A DNA stretch of 64,000 nucleotides, from the NCBI GenBank assembly GCA_963717935.1, contig CAVQXP010000004.1:288001-352000 (forward strand), read 5' to 3'. A model generated the notes under the pieces. That model did not search any database, was not told the DNA's origin, and saw only the letters and a program-made list of their open reading frames with translations. Origin of the DNA: Candidatus Eiseniibacteriota bacterium. GTDB taxonomy: Bacteria > Eisenbacteria > RBG-16-71-46. The first letter of the stretch is position 1. Every line of letters begins with the position of its first letter. The translations under genes were made by a program, and so were the position numbers. This document shows, in pieces, positions 62,503 through 64,000 of the stretch.

Positions 62503-62629
62503 GGCAGGGTCTCCAAGGGTGGGGAACTGCGCGACCGGCGCGGCGCGAGCATCCCCAACGCGCCCGGCACGCGTCAAGCGCCCGCTCGGGCGCACGCGCC
62601 ACCCGGCAGAGAGCCCCCGAAGGGCCCGG

Positions 62630-62669
62630 TTGCGCTCCGCCGGCGTCCTGGCTATCGTATATCTACGAT
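62630..62669 (+). promoter_or_regulatory. arsR promoter with overlapping palindromic operator ATCGTA-TATC-TACGAT
   Basis: TTGCGC (62630-35), 17 bp, TATCGT (62653-58); inverted repeat at 62654-62669. Confidence 0.65.
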
Positions 62670-62696
62670 GAACAATCGGAGGCGCCCACGAGCCCG

Positions 62697-62996
62697 ATGA
62701 GATCCTCCCGCGCGAAGCCACCGCATCCCGCGGCCGACGTGGAGCTGGCGCGGCTCGCCCGCGCGCTGGCGCACCCGGCCCGCGTGCGCATCGTGCGCCT
62801 GCTGGCCCGGCGCGGTGCGTGCGTGTGCGGGCAGATCGTGCTCGGTCTGCCGCTGGCGCAGGCCACCGTCTCGCAGCACCTCAAGGTGCTCAAGGAGGCC
62901 GGGATCATCCGTGGCCAGGTGGACGGCTCGTGCATCTGCTACTGCCTCGATTCGAAGGCGCTGAGGCGCGCGAAGGAGCTCTTCGGGAGGCTCTGA
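62697..62996 (+). CDS. arsR: ArsR/SmtB family transcriptional repressor
   Basis: [34 protein letters not shown]. Confidence 0.92.
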   Translation: MRSSRAKPPHPAADVELARLARALAHPARVRIVRLLARRGACVCGQIVLGLPLAQATVSQHLKVLKEAGIIRGQVDGSCICYCLDSKALRRAKELFGRL

Positions 62997-63050
62997 GCCT
63001 GCGTGAAGACGCCGGCCCGGAGAGCCCCCCGGAACCTGGAGGGGAGTGCG

Positions 63051-63863
63051 ATGAGCGAGAGCGAAGACATCCGCGCCGTGGTACGGGAGAAGTACGGCGA
63101 GATCGCCGAGGGCAAGCGCGGTGGATGCGGATGCTCCGGGGTGCCCGCCGGGCACTCGTCGGAGGCGGATCGCGGGTCCTGCTGCGGTGACGTGCTGCTC
63201 GCGCTCGGCTACACCGAGGAGCAGAAGGCCGCCCTCCCCGAGGGCGCCGACCTGGGTCTCGGTTGCGGCAACCCGCTCGCGCACGCGGCCCTGAAGCCCG
63301 GCGAGACCGTGCTGGATCTCGGCTCGGGCGCGGGCGTGGACTGCTTCCTCGCCGCGCGCGAAGCGGGGCCCGCCGGTCACGTCATCGGCGTGGACATGAC
63401 GCCCGCGATGATCGAGAAGGCGCGCGCCAACGCCGCCAGGGCCGGCACCACGAACGTCGAGTTCCGCCTCGGCGAGATCGAGCACCTGCCGGTGGCCGAC
63501 GCGACCGTGGACTGCATCATCTCGAACTGCGTCGTGAACCTCTCCCCCGACAAGCCGCAGGTCTTCCGCGAGGCGCACCGCGCGTTGAAGCCCGGTGGGC
63601 GGATGCTGCTGAGCGACCTCGTGCTCTCGCGGCCGCTCTCCCGCGCACTGCAGCAGAACGTCGCTCTCTACGTGGGCTGCATCGCCGGCGCCGCGATGAA
63701 GGACGACTACCTGGACATGATCCGCCGGGCCGGCTTCGCCGAGGTCACCGTGGTCGAGGAGCGCGGCTACACCGTGGGCCTGGACGCGCTGCCCGCGGGC
63801 AGCCCCGAGCGCGAGGCGTTCGCCTCCGTGGTGTCGATGAAGGTGAGGGCGTGGAAGGTCTGA
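63051..63863 (+). CDS. arsM: Arsenite S-adenosylmethyltransferase
   Basis: SCC, LGLGCGNP, VLDLGSGAGVDC, GVDMT, ISNCVVNL, GCIAGA; directly downstream of arsR. Confidence 0.92.
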   Translation: MSESEDIRAVVREKYGEIAEGKRGGCGCSGVPAGHSSEADRGSCCGDVLLALGYTEEQKAALPEGADLGLGCGNPLAHAALKPGETVLDLGSGAGVDCFLAAREAGPAGHVIGVDMTPAMIEKARANAARAGTTNVEFRLGEIEHLPVADATVDCIISNCVVNLSPDKPQVFREAHRALKPGGRMLLSDLVLSRPLSRALQQNVALYVGCIAGAAMKDDYLDMIRRAGFAEVTVVEERGYTVGLDALPAGSPEREAFASVVSMKVRAWKV

Positions 63864-63928
63864 GCCCCGGGCGCGGGCGGGCGCCAGCGGGGGACCGCAC
63901 GAACCCGGCCGGCCGGGCGTCCCCGCGC

Positions 63929-63965
63929 TTGACGGCCGCCCCCATCCGCAGACATCCTTAATGTC
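63929..63965 (+). promoter_or_regulatory. Possible promoter/operator of the next gene, which begins near ATG 63969 and runs off the window
   Basis: TTGACG followed by the GACAT-N5-ATGTC palindrome just before ATG AAC CCC. Confidence 0.35.
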
Positions 63966-64000
63966 GTCATGAACCCCCGCCCGTTCCTCCGCAGGGCCGC

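Overview
Very GC-rich bacterial chromosomal window with about 60 CDS. No rRNA, tRNA, CRISPR array, integrase or transposase is recognisable. The gene repertoire (FlgD-type C-terminal domain, DUF5916 barrel, DUF1028, tryptophanase) suggests an uncultured FCB-related lineage such as Ca. Eisenbacteria; this is an inference only. Most of the content is housekeeping, envelope and redox genes: trxB, two bcp domains (one fused to MsrB behind a signal peptide), sod, an AhpD-like protein, ETF-QO, ferredoxin, queG, moaDE, ispH, tnaA, a lactate permease, HU, a MacAB-TolC-type operon with a divergent two-component system, and arsR-arsM. The most unusual signals are: (1) a ~1.4 kb lower-GC islet (8486-9873) bounded by a perfect 16-bp direct repeat, holding integron-cassette-like genes (tspO and a membrane protein) with attC-like sites that have non-canonical GTC/GAC cores and no integrase nearby; (2) a candidate stand-alone structured ncRNA at 33715-33840; (3) a perfect ACTGCAC-N4-GTGCAGT operator (Fibrobacter-type LexA-box-like) inside a sigma70-type promoter; (4) twin OmpR-type boxes in the divergent efflux/two-component promoter region; (5) two probable pseudoenzymes (an alpha/beta-hydrolase paralog and a LigB-fold protein with an Arg/Pro/Gly tail); (6) a ~115-bp repeat flanking the lactate permease. 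Five +1 frameshifts cluster at 7.3-14.3 kb and are most likely consensus errors. All product calls come from reading motifs by eye; no database searches were run.
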